A stretch of 44,008 nt of DNA from Bdellovibrionota bacterium (GTDB taxonomy: Bacteria > Bdellovibrionota > UBA1018 > UBA923): assembly GCA_040754655.1 (NCBI GenBank), contig JBFMCE010000021.1, positions 1 through 44,008 on the forward strand, given 5' to 3'. Below the pieces are notes generated by a model that did not search any database, was not told the origin of the DNA, and saw nothing but the letters and a program-made list of their open reading frames with translations. The translations under genes were made by a program, and so were the position numbers. Of this stretch, positions 28,498-36,196 are shown in pieces. Each line of letters begins with the position of its first letter. The first letter of the stretch is position 1.

Positions 28498-29444
28498 AAA
28501 TCAAGCTTAGCCAAGACGCTTCTCGCAAACCAGAACCACAAAAAACCAAAGCGACCATGACGTTCATCGCGCCCGAGCTTCTCGATGTCGCTGCATTCGA
28601 AGATGTTTCGGGCTTTGATCAAAAGGCGTCTTGGGATGTGGCCGTGCGTTTTCAAGACTTAAAACGTTTTGGCCATATTCCCGATAAAGAAAAGCAGCTC
28701 TTGAAAAGGCGGGCAATTGCCGGGGTGCTTGAGCGCGCCCATCAAATCTTAGGATCAGTCATCAAACCTGAACGCCACGTGGTGGTCGACTACAAGACCT
28801 TCGTTGAAAAAGGCCAGCGCGGTGAGCTTGATCTGCTTGGCACGTTAGAAGAAGCTCTCGGGCGTGGCGGTTATCGCAACGACGTTCTGGTTTCGAACGA
28901 CGCACTTCGATTTGATTCGCATGTGGAAAAAGATGTGGATATCGCTCTTGTGATGGATGCAAGTTTGAGCATGACGGGCGAGAAGATCGCTCTCTTGGCG
29001 GTTTCAGTGGCAGTGGTCGCGCTTTGCATGCCCTCGGCACGGCTCTCATTGATGGGGTTTGATTCGCGTACGCGGTGGATCAAGCGTTTTGGGGAAGAGT
29101 TGGCAGTTGAGCAGGTGATCGAAAAAGTGCTTGAGCTGCCGGCTGGCGGATTCACCAACCTCGAACTTGCGCTGCAAGAGACGAAAAACGGGCTTTCTGG
29201 CGCACATAAGGGTCATGCCAACGTAATTCTAATCAGCGACGGAAAGTACACCGAAGGCGGCGATCCAGTGCATTTGGCCGGTCAATTCAAGCGCCTCAAT
29301 ATTCTGAAGATTGGCCGTGATCAAGCTGGGCGCGATCTTTTGCTTGAGCTCACCCACCATGGCAACGGAAGGTTCTTTGAAGCCAGGCGCGTCGCTGACC
29401 TTCCGCGCGTGATGTACCGGGCGATGCGAACACTTCTGCGGTGA
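28452..29444 (+). CDS. VWA-domain protein (-1 frame; first ATG at 28557, probably reached by frameshift from the AAA+ gene)
   Basis: Complete MIDAS: DASLS at 28956-28970, 'GGFTNL', 'LISDG'. CoxE/ChlD-like 'GELDLLGTLE' pre-VWA segment. No SD before ATG 28557. Confidence 0.88.
   Translation, partial: VKKKLPEELADAFSLKIKLSQDASRKPEPQKTKATMTFIAPELLDVAAFEDVSGFDQKASWDVAVRFQDLKRFGHIPDKEKQLLKRRAIAGVLERAHQILGSVIKPERHVVVDYKTFVEKGQRGELDLLGTLEEALGRGGYRNDVLVSNDALRFDSHVEKDVDIALVMDASLSMTGEKIALLAVSVAVVALCMPSARLSLMGFDSRTRWIKRFGEELAVEQVIEKVLELPAGGFTNLELALQETKNGLSGAHKGHANVILISDGKYTEGGDPVHLAGQFKRLNILKIGRDQAGRDLLLELTHHGNGRFFEARRVADLPRVMYRAMRTLLR
28455..28464 (+). other. A9 slippery site (A_AAA_AAA_AAC), candidate -1 frameshift or transcriptional slippage site
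   Basis: Nine A at 28455-28463. The -1 frame has TGA at 28449-28451 and is then open from 28452 to the VWA stop at 29444. Confidence 0.7.
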
Positions 29445-29447
29445 ATA

Positions 29448-29463
29448 TGGCTTAGAAGTTGCA
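29448..29463 (+). promoter_or_regulatory. Putative sigma54 -24/-12 promoter
   Basis: TGGCTTAGAAGTTGCA (GG-N10-GC), 24 nt upstream of ATG 29488. Confidence 0.62.
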
Positions 29464-29487
29464 AGTTATTCAGCCAAGTAGAAGTAT

Positions 29488-31701
29488 ATGAATTTAAAGT
29501 ATTTAGTGCATCGCTCCCTCATGACGGCTCTTTTTGTTTTCTCTGCGTTTAGTCCTGTCTCAGGCTTTGCTATTCCTATCGTTCACGACAGTTATGATGA
29601 CTTTCTTGCGAAATCGAAATCTGATCCAAAACGCCTGTATATCTTAAAAATAAGCACGACTTGGTGCGGGCCTTGTAAGAAACAGTCTGAAGCGATCCAT
29701 AAGATTTCGGGCAAGAAAACGCAAGTGAGCAGAGCTTACTGGAGTACGGTCGATGTCGATCTTGATGAAGCTGCGTACGACGCTTTTTTACGCAAAGCAG
29801 AGATTCCTCGAATGGATGAGTATCCAACGCTGGTGGTATTTAAGGCTGCTAAACCGCTGGGAACATTCACGGGGTGGAATTCTGGTGCACCGAAAGACTC
29901 ACTGCTTTCAATAGAAAAGTTTTTCACTGAGGTTGCTCAGTTGTCGTTAGAAGTGCGGATGCAGGCAAGACATAAAGATATTCTTCGATTTTCTCGCGAA
30001 CTTGCCCAACCCGAGGGTGAGGCTCTATTTTGGGGTATCTCGGGTTACGAGGCGCCAAAGCAAAACGATACAGATGACTTTGGCAGATTAAACTTAAAAG
30101 AAATCTCACGCGCTCTTAAAGAGAAATCGTTTGAGGCGCTTTTTGCGCCGGCGGTGATTCGATATTCGACTGCGCCAACAAAAAGCGGCTTCGGAGTTCT
30201 CTTGGTCGAGAATCCTCTAATAAGCGTCGCATCACAATTTCAAGATCCGATGCAAGCGCTACGCGGCCTAGAAGAAACTGTCACTAAGCCTGCTAGAAAT
30301 CTTCGAATCCTGATGACCGGTCACGGTCATCCTAAGGGAATTCAGATTGGTCATCGAAAAAAAGACAAGAGCGAGCTCAACGGCGAACACCACGATGAGT
30401 TCGAAGAGTATTACCTCAGGCCAAACGATCTTATCGCACCGATCAAACGGGCCCGTGAAGCTGGCAAAATCGTACAAGCGATCGCAGTGCAATGTTACAG
30501 CGGAGTGTTCGGCGATGTTCTTATGCCTGATGTTGAAAGCAAGGCTTTGGGCGTAGCGTGCGGGGCTTTTGCAGCACTTCCAGAAAAGAAGGCGGAAGGC
30601 TGCTACAACATGACCTATGGAGTAGATCGAAAAGACTATTTAGGTCTTGCGATGAAATTAAAGAATTCCAAGACCCAGTCTGGTCGTGACTTGCATTACG
30701 AGATTGTGGTCAAGAGCCAGGGTCGAGACATTCCTATGCTCAGCTCAGAGTATTTTTTACTCAATGGCCCAGGCGGGGAACTTCTTGGAAAGGCAGATAG
30801 AGCAACGGCGCCCCCATTTGGCATCATCCGCAAGGATACCAAGTATTTTGGCGTTTATTATATCGATCGGGTGAACGTCAAACTCATCAAGGCCGTGAAA
30901 AACGGAATCGTGATGAAGTATAGGCAGGTAGAGCTCGTCGAGGATTGGAAAAGATTTCCGTCTCACCTTACGGCATGTACCAGAGATTTTTTAGAAACAT
31001 CGCTTTCTGCAAGAAATGCATACAAAGAAGTTCTTTCTGGTATACCTATTTACACCAACCTTAGAAACCGGTTTGTTGGAACCTACGGTTTCACAGATGA
31101 AATTATTTATGACTGCGACGAGAGTCTAGATGTCGAATTGCTCAACTATCCTCGAGAGACGGTTGACCAGCAAGGAAAAGTGCTCTCGATTGAATATATA
31201 AAAAGCAGTCAAACACTTTCGACTTTGGCAGAAGAGATCTTTGACCCTTACGGAGCAGATCTCGTTGACCTTTCCGAAGAAGAAAGAAAAATTGAGATTA
31301 AGAATTTAAAAACAGAAGCTAGAGTTGCGCTTTCGCACATTGTTCCTTGGATCATGGAAAACGGTAAAGGTGGGCAGCTTTACCACTCGCTGCTTTCGCT
31401 AGCGAAACAGACTCGGCAAATCGACCTGCCTCGCGCAAAGGCCATCATGGTTTTGACAAAAGCTTTGAAAAAGGATCTCGATATCATGGGCTCTGAGATC
31501 AGCTTTACTACGATGCTTCTCGATAACTTTAGCCCGCATGATGTTGTGCCTGAGAAGTTGAAGAAAAGCAGGCTTGCTCACCTTGTCGCAGCGACCATCG
31601 CCGAGTTGCAATTAAGGGAATCTGCCAAAATCGATCGTCGCGCCGCGGAACTCGTTCGGCAATTGGATGCGATCAGAGAATGTGAAAACGGGATTCTCTG
31701 A
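29488..31701 (+). CDS. Secreted thioredoxin-domain / caspase-like (clan CD) peptidase fusion protein
   Basis: Signal peptide, 'WCGPC' (29662-29676) plus 'YPTL' cis-Pro loop, then 'ILMTGHG' (30316-30327) and 'IAVQCYSG' (30490-30504), matching a clan CD His-Gly/Cys dyad. Confidence 0.72.
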   Translation: MNLKYLVHRSLMTALFVFSAFSPVSGFAIPIVHDSYDDFLAKSKSDPKRLYILKISTTWCGPCKKQSEAIHKISGKKTQVSRAYWSTVDVDLDEAAYDAFLRKAEIPRMDEYPTLVVFKAAKPLGTFTGWNSGAPKDSLLSIEKFFTEVAQLSLEVRMQARHKDILRFSRELAQPEGEALFWGISGYEAPKQNDTDDFGRLNLKEISRALKEKSFEALFAPAVIRYSTAPTKSGFGVLLVENPLISVASQFQDPMQALRGLEETVTKPARNLRILMTGHGHPKGIQIGHRKKDKSELNGEHHDEFEEYYLRPNDLIAPIKRAREAGKIVQAIAVQCYSGVFGDVLMPDVESKALGVACGAFAALPEKKAEGCYNMTYGVDRKDYLGLAMKLKNSKTQSGRDLHYEIVVKSQGRDIPMLSSEYFLLNGPGGELLGKADRATAPPFGIIRKDTKYFGVYYIDRVNVKLIKAVKNGIVMKYRQVELVEDWKRFPSHLTACTRDFLETSLSARNAYKEVLSGIPIYTNLRNRFVGTYGFTDEIIYDCDESLDVELLNYPRETVDQQGKVLSIEYIKSSQTLSTLAEEIFDPYGADLVDLSEEERKIEIKNLKTEARVALSHIVPWIMENGKGGQLYHSLLSLAKQTRQIDLPRAKAIMVLTKALKKDLDIMGSEISFTTMLLDNFSPHDVVPEKLKKSRLAHLVAATIAELQLRESAKIDRRAAELVRQLDAIRECENGIL

Positions 31702-31929
31702 TTTTTAACTGCCCACTCATGTTTGAACGACGAGGTTTTGGCAAACCGTCTTTATGAATTCAATGAAGATCGTTTCATCGAAAACGCTGCTTCAAGCGTG
31801 AATGCGAAGTAGCTTCTTTAAGAAACTACAGTGTTAGCCCTTTTTCACTTGCCTAGAACCTAGCCAGACCCCTCGGTGGGTGTGTCAATAAAACAACAAT
31901 AGGTTCAATAGCTTATACGGCATATTCGA

Positions 31930-31945
31930 TGGCATCAAGGTTGCT
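31930..31945 (+). promoter_or_regulatory. Putative sigma54 -24/-12 promoter
   Basis: TGGCATCAAGGTTGCT (GG-N10-GC), 29 nt upstream of ATG 31975. IHF-like GTTCAATAGCTTA at ~31902-31914. Confidence 0.7.
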
Positions 31946-31974
31946 TTCCCTTAAAGGTAAGAGAGAGAAAAACC

Positions 31975-32982
31975 ATGAAGACCCGATCAAAGACCCTTGA
32001 GGTTACTTTAGCCTCGCTCACCTTAGGCCTTTCGCTGCTATCTGCTCACGCGTGGGGGCAAGAACAAGAGCAAGAACAAAAGTATATCGTGTCAACCCCG
32101 ATAGAGAATATCAACTGTCCCATAGAGCACAACGAGGCATTCAAGGGCATCCAAAAACAGCTTCTTGGTCAAACACCCGAAAGCCTGGCTGCTACTCGCG
32201 GTCACATTGCGCGTTTTCATAAAGGGTTGAAAAAAATTGACATGGCAGCCATAAGGGCTCGTGACGCTTTAGACACATTCAAGAGATTTTACACGCGGAA
32301 GAATGAAGTCAAAAAACGAATGTCCTTTGTGACTAATAAACTCATTGAATTTGCAGACCAGAACGATCTCATCCTGCCAAAAGACAGCGTGAAGTGCCCG
32401 ACTGGGTTTTCGGCGGTAGTGAAGGTTGAAAAATTCTCAGAAGACATCGCCAATCGATGGGAAGATCGCGATCGCATACTTGCCTATTGCGTGAAAGGCG
32501 AAGAAATCGCAGCGCCCATTTCATTTCTTCAATTGAATGTCATGCCCTTGCAGTACGGTATGCCTCAAATGGACGGAGGACCTGAGCTTTTTGGAACCAT
32601 TTTGCTGCAAGCATGCGAGCTTCGGCCGGCGCAATTCGGCGACAAACAGCCAACCCTGGAATTCAAAGACCTCAACGGCAAACCAAAGAAATTAAACGTG
32701 CAGATGATTTGTCACTACGAGAACCTTGCTGATAAAGAGCGGACTCCGGAAGACCAGCGCGATATCGTGATGGGTACGGTAGAGTCGACTTCAAACTTAA
32801 AGATGGTTGCAGACGATACGGCTAAAGAAATCGTAGCTCAAGATATCGAGGTCGAAGTTCCCCTTCAAACCTATGTGATGGCTCAAATTCCGGCGTGCCG
32901 CGTTAAGAATCCATTAAGAGGGCTTGCTGCTGAAACTTCAACGGCAACTCGAACCACGACGACTTCTACGGTAGCAAAGTAA
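31975..32982 (+). CDS. Hypothetical secreted protein, 335 aa
   Basis: Signal peptide ending 'AHAWG-QE', six Cys, Thr-rich tail. No family recognised. Confidence 0.85.
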   Translation: MKTRSKTLEVTLASLTLGLSLLSAHAWGQEQEQEQKYIVSTPIENINCPIEHNEAFKGIQKQLLGQTPESLAATRGHIARFHKGLKKIDMAAIRARDALDTFKRFYTRKNEVKKRMSFVTNKLIEFADQNDLILPKDSVKCPTGFSAVVKVEKFSEDIANRWEDRDRILAYCVKGEEIAAPISFLQLNVMPLQYGMPQMDGGPELFGTILLQACELRPAQFGDKQPTLEFKDLNGKPKKLNVQMICHYENLADKERTPEDQRDIVMGTVESTSNLKMVADDTAKEIVAQDIEVEVPLQTYVMAQIPACRVKNPLRGLAAETSTATRTTTTSTVAK

Positions 32983-33007
32983 GCTAGGGCCTGGTAAAAC
33001 GGCCCTT

Positions 33008-33826
33008 ATGCAAAAACTGATCATCACCTGCGCTATCACAGGCGCAGAGACCACTAAAGAGCAGAACCCTGCCCTTCCGACAACGCCTGATGAGCAGGCT
33101 GAGGCCGCTCATGAATGTTGGAAGGCAGGCGCCTCCATCATCCATCTTCACGTGCGCGATGATCAGGGCAAGGCCAGCCAATCAGTCGATCGTTTCAAAG
33201 AGTCGATCGAGAAAATTAGAAAAAAATGCCCGGTGATTGTTCAAATCTCAACCGGTGGTGCTGTAGGGGAATCGATTGAAAACCGAGCTGCTCCACTTGG
33301 GTTAAGACCAGAGATGGCAAGCCTCAACACGGGGTCGATCAATTTTGGAGATGAGGTTTTCTTGAACCTTCCAAAAGACGTCGAAGGACTTGCTCTTAAG
33401 ATGAAACAGTACAAGGTGCGCCCAGAGATTGAAGTCTACGATTACGGCATGCTTGAGTACTCGCTCAAACTGATGAAAAAAGGGATCATCCCAAATCCCT
33501 CGCATTTTCAATTCGTCTTAGGAACGGGCCACGGGATCAGCGGTGAATCGCGCAACCTTTGTCATATGGCCGATCTTTTACCTGAAGATTGTTCGTGGAC
33601 CGCTGCAGGCGTTGGCAGGTATCAACTGCCGGTTGCTGCTCAAGCAATCGTGATGGGGGGCCATGTACGGGTAGGCCTTGAAGACAATGTGTACTGGTCA
33701 AAAGGAGTGCTCGCTAAGAGCAATGCACAGTTGGTGCAACGCGTTTCAGAACTTGCAGCAACGCTTCAGCGCCCAGTGGCTACAGTGGATGAGGCTCGAG
33801 AGATGTTATGTCTAAACTCGAAGTAA
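33008..33826 (+). CDS. kce: 3-keto-5-aminohexanoate cleavage enzyme (BKACE family)
   Basis: 'KLIITCAITGAE', 'IIHLHVR', 'QISTGGA', 'PEMASL', 'PEIE', 'GGHVRVGLEDN'. kdd and kamDE are nearby. Confidence 0.93.
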   Translation: MQKLIITCAITGAETTKEQNPALPTTPDEQAEAAHECWKAGASIIHLHVRDDQGKASQSVDRFKESIEKIRKKCPVIVQISTGGAVGESIENRAAPLGLRPEMASLNTGSINFGDEVFLNLPKDVEGLALKMKQYKVRPEIEVYDYGMLEYSLKLMKKGIIPNPSHFQFVLGTGHGISGESRNLCHMADLLPEDCSWTAAGVGRYQLPVAAQAIVMGGHVRVGLEDNVYWSKGVLAKSNAQLVQRVSELAATLQRPVATVDEAREMLCLNSK

Positions 33827-35028
33827 CGCTTGCAGACGTTGAACAGGCAAGAGGAGTTTTAAGCTCAATCCTTGAGCCCACACCTCTTTTGGCGAATCGT
33901 TGGCTCTCAGAGCGGCTAGGCTGTGAGATTTATCTAAAACTTGAGAACATGCAACCGATCGGGTCGTTCAAGATCAGGGGCGCTACGTACAAGATCTCGC
34001 GCTTGAGCTCTGCTGAGCGCCGTAAGGGCGTGATCACGGCAAGCGCTGGCAATCATGCCCAAGGAGTTGCGTGGGGATGCGCAAGGTTCAAGACAAAGTC
34101 GACCATCGTGATGCCCAAGAATGCTCCGCTCACTAAGGTGCAGAACACAGAGGCCTTGGGTGCGAAGATTCTGCTTGAGGGCGACAACTATGACGAAGCT
34201 TATGCGGCGGCTGTAAAGATTGCAAAAAAAACAGGCGTCGTTTTCGTGCATCCCTACGACGATGCCGATGTGATCGCGGGTCAAGGCACTGTTGGCCTTG
34301 AGATCATGGAGCAGCTTCCAGATGTTGACGCAGTCATCGGAGCCATGGGAGGTGGCGGCCTCATGGCGGGCGTTGCGACTGTCATCAAAGAATTTAAACC
34401 CAAGACCACCGTGGTCGCTGTTCAGGCGAGTGGGGCCCGTTCGCTCATCGAGTCTCTTCGTCGTGGAAAAGTGTACTCAACCGGAACTGCCGATACCTTT
34501 GCGGATGGAATCAAAGTGGTTGAGCCAAGACCCAATATGGTTCACTTGCTCAAGCCATTGGTTGATGTGTTGGCGCATGCCGATGACGAGGCCATTGCAT
34601 CGGCAGTGCTGATGTTGATGGAAAAAGCCAAGGTTGTCGCAGAAGGGGCGGCTGCTCTTCCTCTGGCTGTTCTTGAGCAGATGAAAGCGAAGTTTCATGG
34701 CAAGAAGGTCGTGCTGATCATTACAGGCGGAAACATCGACGTGAATGTTCTTTCTCGCATCATCGATCGCGGGCTTATTCAAGCGGGCAGGCGGGTGCGT
34801 GTGGACGTGTCGATCTCAGATCGCCCTGGCTCGCTCAATCGCCTTACTGATTTGATTGCGCGTCAAGGCGCTAATATCTTGCAGGCGATTCATGACCGAG
34901 ATACTCCGTCAGCCGGCCTTAACGAGACGACGGTTGAACTGACTTTAGAAACGCGGGGTCCAGAGTACAGTCGTGAATTGATCAAGGCGTTGAGAGAACA
35001 AGTGATCAGGCTTGACGTACTCCATTGA
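33808..35028 (+). CDS. ilvA: Threonine ammonia-lyase with C-terminal ACT domain
   Basis: 'LKLENMQPIGSFKIRGA', 'SAGNHAQG', 'GGGGL', 'GGNID', ACT 'DRPGSL'. Overlaps kce by 19 nt. Confidence 0.92.
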   Translation: MSKLEVTLADVEQARGVLSSILEPTPLLANRWLSERLGCEIYLKLENMQPIGSFKIRGATYKISRLSSAERRKGVITASAGNHAQGVAWGCARFKTKSTIVMPKNAPLTKVQNTEALGAKILLEGDNYDEAYAAAVKIAKKTGVVFVHPYDDADVIAGQGTVGLEIMEQLPDVDAVIGAMGGGGLMAGVATVIKEFKPKTTVVAVQASGARSLIESLRRGKVYSTGTADTFADGIKVVEPRPNMVHLLKPLVDVLAHADDEAIASAVLMLMEKAKVVAEGAAALPLAVLEQMKAKFHGKKVVLIITGGNIDVNVLSRIIDRGLIQAGRRVRVDVSISDRPGSLNRLTDLIARQGANILQAIHDRDTPSAGLNETTVELTLETRGPEYSRELIKALREQVIRLDVLH

Positions 35029-35082
35029 GAAGTTAGGGCAAAAGGTGTAGCTTTTCATAGTTGAGGTGGAGGTAAGGTTTTT

Positions 35083-35289
35083 ATGAGAACAGCAAAAGGT
35101 GAAAACAAATCAAACAACGGCCCTATCGTGAAACTCGAAGTTGAACTCGAAAAAACAATTGTCGAGCAGCTCACTCTGATGGAATCACACACCAAGATCA
35201 CGCGCTCTGAGCTCGTGACCACCGCCTTGAAGCGCTTTATTTCGGCGCACAAAGACTACTTCCCAGACGATTACAAATCGTCTTCTTAA
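35083..35289 (+). CDS. Small ribbon-helix-helix (CopG-like) protein
   Basis: GGAGG SD. Alternating strand 'VKLEVEL', helix 'KTIVEQLTLMES', turn, then 'TRSELVTTALKRFI'. Confidence 0.65.
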   Translation: MRTAKGENKSNNGPIVKLEVELEKTIVEQLTLMESHTKITRSELVTTALKRFISAHKDYFPDDYKSSS

Positions 35290-35304
35290 GCCTTGAAAGT
35301 ACGG

Positions 35305-35967
35305 TCAACGGTTTTTAAAAACGATGCCGATGCTGCGAAGGTTGTGGCGGATGTCGTTCTTAAGCCGATTGAACACAGCCTTCTGCTCAGTGTCTTGGGC
35401 GGGATCTGGGTCATTCAAGACAAGCTCTAAGACCCAATGAGAGCTGCCGTTCAAGCCTGCTACGGTTTTGTAGCGGAGCTTTCCTTTTAAAATTTGGTTT
35501 TTGTTGAAAGAGGTCACCACGCTTTGGGCAACGTCGAATGCGAAGATGATTCGTGCCGGGCGTACTCGGGTTTCTTTGCCCAGCGCAGATCCATCGCCTG
35601 ATTCAAATTCAATCTGGTTATGGCGCAAAAAATTCTCAGATTCGAAGTCGTAAGAAGAACTCAATCGTAAATTCACGCTGTTCTGTGGCAGACGATCCCA
35701 TTCTTGGTTGAATTTTTCGAGGGTCATAGCTTCTAACACGAGTACATTGGCCTGTTCGCCATTTGGCGAAAGAGCGCCACTTTCAGCTACGAGTTGCTCG
35801 TCGCCGAGCTGAGAATCACCGTTTGTCGGGCTCGAGTTGCCAGAAGCGCTTGAAAGCTTTGATACGCTGGGCGCAAGAGGGCCGCACGCGCCGCCGGCGA
35901 TGGCGCCAATGATCAACAAAACACCTACGATTCGGGAACCAAATGTTTCTAGTCTCATGAGATCCAC
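35305..35967 (-). CDS. Hypothetical lipoprotein (start GTG 35967 or ATG 35958)
   Basis: AAGGAG SD, hydrophobic signal ending 'IAGGAC', Ser-rich linker. Confidence 0.75.
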   Translation of the reverse strand: MDLMRLETFGSRIVGVLLIIGAIAGGACGPLAPSVSKLSSASGNSSPTNGDSQLGDEQLVAESGALSPNGEQANVLVLEAMTLEKFNQEWDRLPQNSVNLRLSSSYDFESENFLRHNQIEFESGDGSALGKETRVRPARIIFAFDVAQSVVTSFNKNQILKGKLRYKTVAGLNGSSHWVLELVLNDPDPAQDTEQKAVFNRLKNDIRHNLRSIGIVFKNR

Positions 35968-35991
35968 GATCTCCTTCCCGAGAGGGGCAAT

Positions 35992-36007
35992 ATCAAGTCC
36001 CGTGCCA
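35992..36007 (-). promoter_or_regulatory. Putative sigma54 -24/-12 promoter (TTGA variant)
   Basis: TGGCACGGGACTTGAT: perfect TGGCACG, with -12 TTGA in place of TTGC. Confidence 0.6.
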
Positions 36008-36161
36008 AACAGGTTCTGTTTATAAGCGCAGTAATCTCAGGGAATTAGTCGGTAAACCGGGGGTATACAGCGTTTTGAGACCGTTTAAGGCTTGTACAGC
36101 TGTCGAAGGAACGAGCGGGAAAATGGGTTGTGACACTGCTATTTCTTAAGGCTAGCTTACC

Positions 36162-36177
36162 TGGCATAAAACCTGCT
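36162..36177 (+). promoter_or_regulatory. Putative sigma54 -24/-12 promoter
   Basis: TGGCATAAAACCTGCT (GG-N10-GC), 19 nt upstream of ATG 36197. Confidence 0.62.
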
Positions 36178-36196
36178 CAACAAGGCGCTCAGAGTT

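Noticed and set aside
31702..31812. Short protein-like frame (LNDEVLANRLYEFNEDRFIENAASSVNAK*)
   Set aside because: About 30 codons with no SD or ATG. It may be a gene remnant but cannot be supported.
33808..35028. IlvA as a substitute for Kal (3-aminobutyryl-CoA ammonia-lyase)
   Set aside because: The sequence is a standard PLP fold-II threonine dehydratase with an ACT domain. Its chemistry differs from the hotdog-fold Kal and only adjacency supports the idea.
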